Below, in pieces: positions 32,081 through 41,999 of a DNA stretch of 55,032 bases (position 1 is the stretch's first letter; every line of letters begins with the position of its first letter). The DNA comes from Solirubrobacterales bacterium (GTDB lineage: Bacteria > Actinomycetota > Thermoleophilia > Solirubrobacterales > 70-9). Where the stretch lies: assembly GCA_035461345.1 (NCBI GenBank), contig DATHVJ010000187.1:1-55032 (forward strand). The letters are read 5' to 3'. A program made the position numbers and the translations under genes. The notes beneath the pieces were generated by a model that saw nothing but the letters and a program-made list of their open reading frames with translations, was not told where the DNA came from and made no database searches.

Positions 32081-33534
32081 CCGGCTCCCGGCCGGCAAGC
32101 GACTCCCGCGCAGTCCCTCAGCGCCTCGAGCCGCTCGGCGAGCCGCGCCCGGACGCGTGAGTAGCGCCGATCGTCGGCGACGTTGCGGAGTTGGTGGGGA
32201 TCGCGGTGGAGGTCGTATAGCTCGACGGGCCCGTTCTCGTGCTCGACGTAGACGAAGCGGTCTGTGTGGACGCCCACGAACTTATGCTTTGTGAGCATCT
32301 CCAGGAGCAGCGTGCGTTTCGATCCCGTGGCAGAGTCATTGGCAACAGGGACAAGCGACGCCCCGTCGAGCTCCTCGGACGCTCGCACGCCCGTCACCTC
32401 CAGGATCGTGGGGGCGAGGTCGACATTGGCCGATGGCTGATGGCGCTTCGCACCCGCCGGGAACCCGGGCCCGGCGATCACCAGCGGCGCTCGGATCGCC
32501 TCCTCGTACTGGCTCGCCTTGCCCCGGACCCGATGCTGTCCGAGCAGGTAGCCGTTGTCGGACGTGAACAGGAATAGGGTGTCCTCGAGCTCGCCCGCGC
32601 GTCGCAGCGCGCCCACGAGGTCGGCGACCATCTCGTCTACGGCCAGCAGGCTCTCCAACCGACTGCGGTATGCCCGCTCCATCTGCTCGATCGCCGTCGG
32701 ACTCAACCGAGGCACATTTCGCACCCGAGGTGGCTTGTCTTCAATCGCCGCTTCGTCGAAGGACGCTGGTCGCGGCAGCGGCTGATCCGAGAACGTACCG
32801 CGGTGACGCGGAGCGGGACGCGGGTTTCGTGCCGCGTCAACGCCCTCGAGCACCCCCTCGTCATGCGGGGCCAGCGTGGCCACGCTGAGGAAGAAGGGCC
32901 GTCCCCTACCGGCCTCCTCTTCGACGAACCCCACGGCCTTTCGCGCGAGGACGTCCGTCTGGTAGTCGCGCGGGCGGGAACCGTAATCCCGTAGGTCCCC
33001 GTTCTCGTTCAGGGTGTAATTGAACATCTGGAACTCCGTGTCCAGGACTGGCACCTCCCACACGTCCCACCCAGGCGGGACCTCCTTCGGATCTCCCGGA
33101 TGGTTCGGCGCCCCGTAGTTGTTCAGGTAGCGACCGATGTGAGCCGTTCGGTAGCCGGCTTGGCGCATCCACACCGCCAGGGTGTCGGAGCCGTCGAACG
33201 CCTGAAAGCCTCCGTCGGGCAACCTGTTGCCGAGGACCTCGTGGTTGTGCGAGTACTTCCCGGTCAGGAAGCTGGCGCGGGACGGACAGCACAGAGGCGT
33301 GGTCGCGAAGAACTCCCTGAAGGTGGTTCCCCTTCTCGCCATCCGCGCGACATGTGGCAGGAAGCGCACAGATTCCGCCTCTTGGTCATCGGTCATCACG
33401 ACGACCACGTTCCGCGAGCGAGGGGGCGCCGAGCTCTCCTCTGACTCGCCGCATCCGGCCGCGTTCAAGCCGGCGAGAGCGATCAGCGCGACTGCGGCTA
33501 CGATCACCGCAAGAGGCCAGGACGAGCGACGCAT
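32077..33534 (-). CDS. exported Cys-type sulfatase (arylsulfatase / N-acetylglucosamine-6-sulfatase-like), probable lipoprotein
   Basis: Signal plus lipobox-like LNAAGC. VVVVMTDDQ metal site. Formylglycine motif TTPLCCPSRASFLTGKY. Also FTSDNGYLLGQHR. Confidence 0.85.
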   Translation of the reverse strand: MRRSSWPLAVIVAAVALIALAGLNAAGCGESEESSAPPRSRNVVVVMTDDQEAESVRFLPHVARMARRGTTFREFFATTPLCCPSRASFLTGKYSHNHEVLGNRLPDGGFQAFDGSDTLAVWMRQAGYRTAHIGRYLNNYGAPNHPGDPKEVPPGWDVWEVPVLDTEFQMFNYTLNENGDLRDYGSRPRDYQTDVLARKAVGFVEEEAGRGRPFFLSVATLAPHDEGVLEGVDAARNPRPAPRHRGTFSDQPLPRPASFDEAAIEDKPPRVRNVPRLSPTAIEQMERAYRSRLESLLAVDEMVADLVGALRRAGELEDTLFLFTSDNGYLLGQHRVRGKASQYEEAIRAPLVIAGPGFPAGAKRHQPSANVDLAPTILEVTGVRASEELDGASLVPVANDSATGSKRTLLLEMLTKHKFVGVHTDRFVYVEHENGPVELYDLHRDPHQLRNVADDRRYSRVRARLAERLEALRDCAGVACRPGAG

Positions 33535-33546
33535 CGCGGCGCGACG

Positions 33547-34482
33547 CTAGGCCGGCGCCCGCTCGTAGGTGCGGCGCAGCTCGGCGGCGCCCTCGACCCC
33601 GTCGGCGGCGAGGCGGTCGAGCGCGTCCTCGTACCGGCGCCGCAGCTCCTCCTGGGCCTCGTCGGAGAGCCCTGTGCGCCAGCGATCGCGATGCGCGTTC
33701 TCCGCGATGACGTGGCGGTCGAAACAGGCGCGGATCTCCGGCTCGTCCTCGAGCTCGAGGAACTGGAGCAGGCGACGGTAGGTGTCCTCGCGGTCGCCGT
33801 ACGCGAGCTCGTCGAGGCTGATCGTGAGCAGCCGATCCGGTGGGATCTCGCGTGCCGCGGCGTCGATCCGCCGCAGCCGCCGCTCCCACCACCTCAGGCC
33901 CTCGAAGCCGTCGCGCGGGTGCTCGCGCTTCTGCCGCTTGCCGACCTTGGAGGCGCCCGCGTCGCGGCCGTCGCGCACGGTGTGGATCAGCCGCGCGTCG
34001 GGGAACACCTCGAGCAGGGTCGGCCCCTCGGCGACGTTGTCGGAGCTCATCTCGACGAGTCCCGGCTTGCCCGCCTCGGCCGCCAGCGGCCCCAGGAGGT
34101 CGTCGAACAGCGCCCGGCACGTGCGACGGGGATCGGAGCCGTACGCGGCCTCGAACTTCCCCACCGCCGCGTCGAACCGATTCCGCGGGACGACCTTGTA
34201 CAGGCCGCGCTCCTCACGGCCCAGCGGCAGCCTCGGCAGCAGCGCCGGGAAGGGCTCCCCAGCCTTGATCCGGTGCCACCAAAACCGGCGCAGCTTGCGC
34301 ACGAACTGGGCGAGCGTGACGCGGCCCCCGAGCAGGTCCGGGAACCCGCGCGGGTTGCAGTGGAAGCGTGCCTCGATCTCGACGTCGCGATACCGCGAGT
34401 GGTGGCCGAGCAGCCTCGCGAGCACGTGCGTGCCGCTGCGCCCGGTGCCGCCGACGAACACGTGGTCGAGCTCCCTTGTCAC
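33547..34482 (-). CDS. sulfotransferase family protein (paralog of 1092..2081 and 28869..30764)
   Basis: FVGGTGRSGTHVLARLL and VRDGRDAGAS. A GTG at 34480-34482 gives a 10-nt gap to the upstream gene. The track ATG at 34566 would overlap that gene by 74 nt. Confidence 0.8.
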   Translation of the reverse strand: MTRELDHVFVGGTGRSGTHVLARLLGHHSRYRDVEIEARFHCNPRGFPDLLGGRVTLAQFVRKLRRFWWHRIKAGEPFPALLPRLPLGREERGLYKVVPRNRFDAAVGKFEAAYGSDPRRTCRALFDDLLGPLAAEAGKPGLVEMSSDNVAEGPTLLEVFPDARLIHTVRDGRDAGASKVGKRQKREHPRDGFEGLRWWERRLRRIDAAAREIPPDRLLTISLDELAYGDREDTYRRLLQFLELEDEPEIRACFDRHVIAENAHRDRWRTGLSDEAQEELRRRYEDALDRLAADGVEGAAELRRTYERAPA

Positions 34483-34492
34483 GAGGACAAGG

Positions 34493-36841
34493 CTAGCCCT
34501 CGACCCGGTAGCGGTCGACGTAGCGACCGCAGGCGTCGCCGAGCGCCTCCGTCCTCGTTTTCGCAACCGGCGTGAGCGCGATCGCGCCGAGCCATGTGCG
34601 CCGCTCTACCCGCAGCAGGCGCTGGAGCCAGCTCCGCTCGGGCTGGCGGATCGAAACCCGCGCCCGCTCCCCGCGCTCGACGTCGATCGTCCCCGCGGGC
34701 CAGAACTGCCCCTCTCCGGGGGCGAAGCCGAACATCCCGTCGAGCGACGCGGGGAGCGCGACGTCCGTCACCCCCGGCGCCTCGACCTCGAGCGCGACGG
34801 GGCTGTGGTACTGGAGCGAGACCGCCCACTCGCCTCGCTCGAGATCGAACGACTGCGCGGCGGATCCCCCGGTGGTGAACGAGCTCGACGGCCGCCAGCG
34901 ACGCTTCGGCCCGACGACCGGCTCGGGCGCCACCGTGGCGAGACCGGACCGCCGCGCGGTGCCCCTCCCCGCCCGGCGGGCGCAGTCGAGGACCGCGCCC
35001 GGCGCATCCGGGGGCTCGATCACCTCCTGCGGCGCAACCTCGCCCTGCCGCCTCCACAGCGTGTAGGACGGCGTCGACGCCATACGCTCGAACTCGGGCG
35101 GCGGAGCGCTCGCGTACGCGGCGTTGGTCGTGATCACGTAGCGGAACCGGTTGAGCGTGTCGTGTGTGACGGAGTCGAAGTCCAGCGCCCGGCCCTGGTC
35201 CCACCGCTTGCCGTCGCGGGGCTTGACGTCGCGGCTCGGCACGTAGCCTCCCGGGCTGCCGACCAGCGCCCCGCGCAGCCGGTACGGCGCGAAGCGGTCG
35301 GCCGCCAGCACGAGCACGCGCTCGCCCTCGACCACGTCGCGCAGGCTCTCGAGCTCGCCGGCCCGCTGCTCGGTCCCCACCGGCGCGGCGCGCAGCGCCA
35401 GCAGAGTCGAACCGGCGGCGCCGAGGGTGAAGACGACGGCGAGCGCGGCGACCTGGGCACGCCACGGCGTCCGCCAGTCGGTCGCCAGCAAGGGGCGTAG
35501 CAGAAACAGCATCGCGACCGGCGCCATCACCGCCAGCGCCTTCGCCTCGACGTGGATCCCGCCGCGCCACCGGGCTCCCGCGTACACGAGCACCGCGGCG
35601 ACGAGGGCAGCGGGCACCGCGTAGTCGCGGCGGCGCGTCCACCACCACGCGGCCACCGCCGCGGCGGCGAGCGCGACAAGGGTCGCCACCAGGGCGTCCA
35701 CCTCGCCGGCGACGTCGGCCCTGAAGTCGCCCGCCGGCCAGATCCCGAGCGCCTCACGCGGCGAGACGGAGCTGATCAGCCGTCCCGTCGAGGCCTGGAT
35801 GTCGCCGAAGCGATCGATGAAGCCCGACAGGCTCCCGGCCTGGGCGATCGCGACCACCGCGAGCACCGCGGCCGCGGCGGCGAGCGCGGGCCACGCGGGC
35901 CGAACGGCGGCGGCCAGCTCGCCGGCGGAGGTCCTGAGGCGCCCGGCGGCGAGCTCGAGGCCGAGCCAGATCGTCGCCGCCGCGAGCGGCCACACCAGCG
36001 CGGCGAGGCTGAACGTGAGCACTGCGGCCAGCGCGAGCACCCCGAGCGCGAACAGGCTCGCGGCGAGGGGACGCCGATTCCCCGAGCCTTCCCCGACCGC
36101 GCGATCTGCTTGCAGATCGCGCGCCTCGTGAAGCGCCACCGCCGTCCCGACCAGGAACAGCGCCATCGCCGTCTCCTTGAACGCGCTCTGTGCCAGGAAC
36201 GAGGCGGCGAGGTACGGCAGTCCGACGAGCGCCGCCGCGATCGCGCGGCGGATCGGCGGCAGGTCGCGCAGCACGGCGAGCGCCGCAAGAGCGGTCAGCA
36301 CCGGGATCGCGAGCAGGATCCCGTTGAAGGCCGTCTCCACCGACGCCCCCGTCCCCTCGGCGAGCGCCGCCGCCAGCGATTGCAGGCCGAGCGGGTACCC
36401 GAGCTCGATCCCGCGTGGCTCGGGCCCGAACCCCGTCGCGAGCCACTCGCTCCAGAACAGCTGCGCCGCGTGATCGTTGGTGTAGATCCCCTCGCCCAGG
36501 ACCCCGACCCGTCCGCTGATCGCGAACGGGATCGAGGCCGCGACCAGCACGATCAGCGCCGCCGGCAACGCCTCGCGAGCAAGGCCCGCCGCATCGACCC
36601 CCCGCGGCCGCCTCGACGCGAACACGAGCGCGCCGAGGAGCAGCACCCCGATCGCGATCGCGGCAGTGAGCCCCCTTCCCGGGAGCCGCACCACCGGCTG
36701 CGCCACCACGACGAGGGCGGCGAGGCCGACGGGGGCCGCGAGCCAGCTCCACTCGCGGCCTCCGAGCGCGGCCAGCAGCGCGCGGCCGGCGACCAGGGAC
36801 GCGGCGCATACCAGCGCCGCCAGCGCCCAAACGGCGATCAC
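34493..36841 (-). CDS. very large polytopic membrane protein with extracytoplasmic C-terminal domain of about 300 aa (GT-C-like candidate)
   Basis: 782 aa. GTG start. More than 12 hydrophobic helices. Soluble tail from about FDSVTHDTLNRFRYVITTN onward. Lies 9 nt from the next GT-C-like gene. Function is inferred from architecture and context only. Confidence 0.45.
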   Translation of the reverse strand: MIAVWALAALVCAASLVAGRALLAALGGREWSWLAAPVGLAALVVVAQPVVRLPGRGLTAAIAIGVLLLGALVFASRRPRGVDAAGLAREALPAALIVLVAASIPFAISGRVGVLGEGIYTNDHAAQLFWSEWLATGFGPEPRGIELGYPLGLQSLAAALAEGTGASVETAFNGILLAIPVLTALAALAVLRDLPPIRRAIAAALVGLPYLAASFLAQSAFKETAMALFLVGTAVALHEARDLQADRAVGEGSGNRRPLAASLFALGVLALAAVLTFSLAALVWPLAAATIWLGLELAAGRLRTSAGELAAAVRPAWPALAAAAAVLAVVAIAQAGSLSGFIDRFGDIQASTGRLISSVSPREALGIWPAGDFRADVAGEVDALVATLVALAAAAVAAWWWTRRRDYAVPAALVAAVLVYAGARWRGGIHVEAKALAVMAPVAMLFLLRPLLATDWRTPWRAQVAALAVVFTLGAAGSTLLALRAAPVGTEQRAGELESLRDVVEGERVLVLAADRFAPYRLRGALVGSPGGYVPSRDVKPRDGKRWDQGRALDFDSVTHDTLNRFRYVITTNAAYASAPPPEFERMASTPSYTLWRRQGEVAPQEVIEPPDAPGAVLDCARRAGRGTARRSGLATVAPEPVVGPKRRWRPSSSFTTGGSAAQSFDLERGEWAVSLQYHSPVALEVEAPGVTDVALPASLDGMFGFAPGEGQFWPAGTIDVERGERARVSIRQPERSWLQRLLRVERRTWLGAIALTPVAKTRTEALGDACGRYVDRYRVEG

Positions 36842-36850
36842 GCGCGCACC

Positions 36851-38944
36851 CTATTCACGCCCCCGCTCGCAGCTCGCCGGGTCGAGATCGCCGTCGATCG
36901 CGAACACCGACACGTCCTCGTCGCGAACGATCTCCTCGGCCTCGGGGGCGGCGCGCGTCCACCCCGCCTCGGGTGGCTCGTCCGGGCGCGTCCCCACTCC
37001 CTCGGTCGGCTCGCGGAAGCCGGTGACCACGTATCCGTAGTCGCCGTCGTCGAGCGCCTGAAGCCATTGCTCGCAGCTCGTGACGGGCTCGAACGAGCCG
37101 TCCGGCCCTCGGACGCCGATGAACTCGACCCGGTTCGACAGATCGGTCCCGTACAGCGGGTGCTGGCGCGCGATCACGGTCGCAATGCGGGCGTCCTCGA
37201 CCCCGCGTGCCCACATGAACGCCGAGTCCTCCGGATTCCCGCCGGCGCGGGTCTCGTAGCGGCCCTCGAGGTACGTGCGCTGGGCGTGATAGCCGAGGCC
37301 GACCCCGATCCCGACGATCAGGGCGAGCGCCGGGCCGATCGCCCGCCGAGGCAGGCGCCCAGCCCGCGCTGCCCAGGCGAGGGCCCCCGCTGCGGCGGCC
37401 GCGGCGCCGCCGGCTAGAGCGGCGCGGGCGGACACCACCCCAACCACCTCGTCGGAGCCGAGCGCCGCGACCGCGCCGGCGACCACGAGCCCCCCGAGGC
37501 CGAGCGCGCGCCACCGCGGCCCCCACCTGGTCGCGAGGATCGGCACCAGCGCGACCGCGAGCGCGAGGACGGGAGCGAGGTAGCGCAGGTTGGACGCGAA
37601 GCCGACCGGCATCCCGTCGGGCCCGGACGCCGACAGGGGCGTGAACGGGTACACGGCGGCCGAGGCGACCGCGGTCCACCCGAGTACCCGCTCGACGGCC
37701 GAGCGTCCTCGCGCCAGGCAGCCCACGGCGCCGACCACGGCCAGCGCGAGCACGAGCGGCCACAGCGCGCCGAAGCGCTCGTCGAGCGCCGGAAACAGCC
37801 ACTCGCTCCACACGCCGGTGTCGGTCGCGTAGCCGATCAGGGCATGGGGCTCGCGGGTCCCGGAGAGATAGTCCTCGGGGCCGGGCAGCGCCACCGGGCC
37901 GAGCGAGGACGCCCACGGGAGCGGGTTGCCGACGTGGGCGAGGTTGCGCGCGAACCAGAACCCGCCCCCGGCGAGGAGCGCGCCCACCCACGCGCCGCTC
38001 GCCGCGACACGGCGCCCCGCCGGAGCGGCGACGATCACGCCCACGGTCAGGGCGAGCGCCGGCGCCGCCAGATTGAGCTTCGTCCCGACCGCGAGGCCCG
38101 CGGCGAGGCCGGCGAGCGCGACCGGGGCGGCCGCCGAGCTCAGATACGGCTGCGCACGGGAGCGAGCGGCGTTGGCGAGCAGCGCCGCGGCAGCGAGCAG
38201 GAAGAAGGTGGCGACGATGTCGTTGCGGGCCTCGCCGGGCTGGTCCGCGTACACACCCGAGGCGAGCACGACGCCGACCGCGACGACCGTCCACGGGGCC
38301 GTTCCCCACGGGCGCCCAAGGCACCACGCCGCGAGAAGCGTCGCCGCGAGCCACCCGAGGTTGAGGAACGGGGACAGGATGTCGCGCTCGGTGAGCAGGA
38401 TCCCCGCCGTGTGGAAGAGCTCCGAGTTCGCCGGGTAGAACCACGTCAGCAGCGCCGGGGAGGTGAAGTGGAGCGCGGTGAGCGAGCCCTCCTGCGCGAA
38501 CCGCGCCGCGAACGGCATGTGGTACCAGAGGCTGTCGAAGCCGTACATGCCGTACAGCAGCGTCGGGTAGGCGCGTCCCGACCACTCGGCGAACAGCGCC
38601 ACCGTGACGAGCGCCGCGACCGCCACCCCCCCGCGGCCGGGCGGGAGCGCGGGCGGCGCCTGGGCGTCGGATGGCATTGGCCGCGGGGACGCCGCCAGGC
38701 CCAACCCGAGGCCCACCGCGACGCACAGTCCCACGAGCGGCACCTCCTCGAGCCACCCGACCGTGCCCAGCGCCTCCATCGACCACACAAGCAACACGAG
38801 CGCGACGACCAGCTCCGCGAGCCGCGCCGGCGCGCCGGACCATCCCGGCAGCAGCCGCGCCCGGACGCGGTACGCTCCCCAACCGAGCGCGGCCGCGATC
38901 ACGGCGAGCTCGATGACGCCGACGGCGTAGCTCGCTAGCGACAT
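36851..38944 (-). CDS. polytopic membrane protein, GT-C-like (PMT/ArnT-type) glycosyltransferase candidate
   Basis: 697 aa. ATG start. Many TM helices plus a C-terminal soluble domain (YLEGRYETRAGGNPEDSAFMWARGVEDARIATV...). Loop after the early TMs reads YGMYGFDSLWYHMPFAARF. Confidence 0.5.
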   Translation of the reverse strand: MSLASYAVGVIELAVIAAALGWGAYRVRARLLPGWSGAPARLAELVVALVLLVWSMEALGTVGWLEEVPLVGLCVAVGLGLGLAASPRPMPSDAQAPPALPPGRGGVAVAALVTVALFAEWSGRAYPTLLYGMYGFDSLWYHMPFAARFAQEGSLTALHFTSPALLTWFYPANSELFHTAGILLTERDILSPFLNLGWLAATLLAAWCLGRPWGTAPWTVVAVGVVLASGVYADQPGEARNDIVATFFLLAAAALLANAARSRAQPYLSSAAAPVALAGLAAGLAVGTKLNLAAPALALTVGVIVAAPAGRRVAASGAWVGALLAGGGFWFARNLAHVGNPLPWASSLGPVALPGPEDYLSGTREPHALIGYATDTGVWSEWLFPALDERFGALWPLVLALAVVGAVGCLARGRSAVERVLGWTAVASAAVYPFTPLSASGPDGMPVGFASNLRYLAPVLALAVALVPILATRWGPRWRALGLGGLVVAGAVAALGSDEVVGVVSARAALAGGAAAAAAGALAWAARAGRLPRRAIGPALALIVGIGVGLGYHAQRTYLEGRYETRAGGNPEDSAFMWARGVEDARIATVIARQHPLYGTDLSNRVEFIGVRGPDGSFEPVTSCEQWLQALDDGDYGYVVTGFREPTEGVGTRPDEPPEAGWTRAAPEAEEIVRDEDVSVFAIDGDLDPASCERGRE

Positions 38945-38965
38945 CTCAAGACCACCCCGCGAGCG

Positions 38966-39058
38966 CGGACGCGAGAGCGAGCGAGTAAGGAACGACGCGC
39001 CAGGTTCGCAAGCGAACCTGGCGGTGGTCAGCGGGCAGTGAGCGAGCGGGAGCGGAGC
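38966..39058 (+). repeat. REP-like repeat, copy C (long form, about 93 nt; palindromic core 38997-39029)
   Basis: Consists of cggacgcgagagcgag, about 15 nt of spacer, gcgccaggttcgcaagcgaacctggcggtggtc, about 10 nt of spacer, then gagcgagcgggagcggagc. It is collinear with the reverse complement of 51533-51625, including an identical 16-mer. Confidence 0.75.
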
Positions 39059-39070
39059 ACGTCGCGGGTG

Positions 39071-39403
39071 TTATTCCGGCAGGTTCCGGATCACGTAGGC
39101 GCGCTCGCCGGGCTCGATCATGCCCAGGCGCCGGGCCTCGCGCTCGATCGTCTCGGGATCGCTCAGCGCGGCCTTGCGCTCCTCGAGCTCGCGGTTCTCG
39201 CGCGCGAGCTGGACGAAGTTGTCGCGCTCCGCGCGCGAGTCGCGCCACGAGTCGACGAGGTTGACGACCGGGTTCAGGTACGAGAGCAGAACGGCGAACA
39301 GCACGAGCACCAGCGCGATGCGTCCGACGCGGTCCCAGTCGATGCGACTGCGCCGCCGCCGCGCGGGGCGCGCACGGTACAGCCGGTAGTCGTGGGTGCT
39401 CAC
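39071..39403 (-). CDS. ftsB: septum formation initiator FtsB/DivIC family protein
   Basis: GTG 39401-39403. TM IALVLVLFAVLLSYL plus coiled coil DNFVQLARENRELEERKAALSDPETIEREARRLGMIEPGERAYV. Sits in the conserved position downstream of eno. Confidence 0.8.
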   Translation of the reverse strand: MSTHDYRLYRARPARRRRSRIDWDRVGRIALVLVLFAVLLSYLNPVVNLVDSWRDSRAERDNFVQLARENRELEERKAALSDPETIEREARRLGMIEPGERAYVIRNLPE

Positions 39404-39476
39404 GCACGAGCCTTCGCTCCGCGCCGCGTCGCGCCTGCCCTCGTCGCCCGCCCTGCAACCACGATTGCAGGAGCGG

Positions 39477-40834
<1,358 letters not shown>

Positions 40835-40884
40835 ATCAGGCGCGCGATTCCGAACGAGCAGATCGCGGATCGCGGGTAATCCGG

Positions 40885-41329
40885 CTAGCCCGCGATCAGG
40901 CAGTAGGCGTAGACGGTGAACTCGCGGGTCTGGTTGTTCCTGTTGTGGCCGCCCGCGCGCCAGCCCTCGCCGTCACGGTGGTCGATCTGACCCTCGACGC
41001 TCAGATTGGTCGGCGCGTCGTTCCAGCGCCAGCCACCGCTGAGCACGCGCTGGTTGGCGTCACAGCTCGCGGTCCTGGCCTCGTTCGAGTTGCCGGGGAT
41101 CGTGAACGTCTCCCTCTTCTGCTCGATCGCCGCGAGCTCATCCCCGCCGATCGGGAGCGTCTTGTTTGATCTGCTTGCGCGCCTGCCTCTTGGCGATCGT
41201 CTTGGTCTTCTTCTTGCTGATGCTTGTGGTCGCGCTCGGACCGGCGATCGCCGTGCCCGCTAGCGCCGCGATCAGCGCCATCACGGCCCCGACGAGCGCC
41301 TGGGACGACCCCTGCGTGATGCGTCTCAT
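40885..41329 (-). pseudogene. small secreted Cys-containing protein gene interrupted by a single +1 frameshift (or a 1-nt sequencing indel)
   Basis: ATG 41327-41329 has an AGGGAG RBS. Signal peptide MRRITQGSSQALVGAVMALIAALAGTAIAG...KQIK runs into a TGA at 41138. The +1 frame continues as KTLPIGGDELAAIEQKRETFTIPGNSNEARTASCDANQRVLSGGWRWND...REFTVYAYCLIAG to the TAG at 40885. Total length is 445 nt (3n+1). The switch occurs at atcaaacaag (41161-41170). Confidence 0.6.
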
Positions 41330-41456
41330 ACCACTCCCTTCCTGTACACGAACCGCCCTCGCATCCCACGAGGTGAAGCCCGCCCTTCGCCAGCAGGGGC
41401 GCACACTTTCTCACCCTGTCGCGGCTTGTCAAGACCGGCGGCCGGCCATGGACCGG

Positions 41457-41897
41457 CTAGCCCGGGACGGGGCTCGAGCTGACCTGCTGCTCGCGCTTGA
41501 AGCAGAACTGCCACAGCGTGTCGCCCTGGTCGCGGACGGAGTAGAAGACGCATGTCGTCTCCGGCCCCTCCGGCGCTATCTCCTGCGCGGGCTCTCCAAG
41601 ACGCTCCTCGACCTCGGCGCGAGTGAGGTTCGGCGCGATCGCCTGCGCCTCCTCGAGCGTGATCACGCCGCCATCGGCGTCGTCGCCGTCGACGAGCCGG
41701 CTGATGCCGAAGTAGCCGACCAGGAATGCCGCGGCGACGATCGGGATCGCGAACCACCAGCTCCATTGCAGCCGGGGCATGCGGCGCCCGCGTGCGTAGG
41801 GCCCATGGCAGTTGGGGCAGACCTCGGCGTCGGTTCGCGTGGCGACCGAGCAGTGGGGACAGACCTTGAGCAGCGCCTCGTCGCGGTGGGCCTCCAT
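41457..41897 (-). CDS. zinc-ribbon membrane protein (146 aa)
   Basis: Internal ATG of track ORF 41457..43472. CPHCSVATRTDAEVCPNC, TM WWFAIPIVAAAFLVGYFGI, and a small extracytoplasmic domain. The upstream 525 codons of the track ORF are antisense to the GH26-like gene. Confidence 0.6.
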   Translation of the reverse strand: MEAHRDEALLKVCPHCSVATRTDAEVCPNCHGPYARGRRMPRLQWSWWFAIPIVAAAFLVGYFGISRLVDGDDADGGVITLEEAQAIAPNLTRAEVEERLGEPAQEIAPEGPETTCVFYSVRDQGDTLWQFCFKREQQVSSSPVPG

Positions 41898-41999
41898 CGG
41901 CTGCAGGCTATCCGTGAAGGGCGCCTTGCAGCGCCCCGTTGGTGCGTGCACGTGCCGGGGGTGCGAGTGGATCCTGAATTCCGCGTGTTGCAGGGAAAG

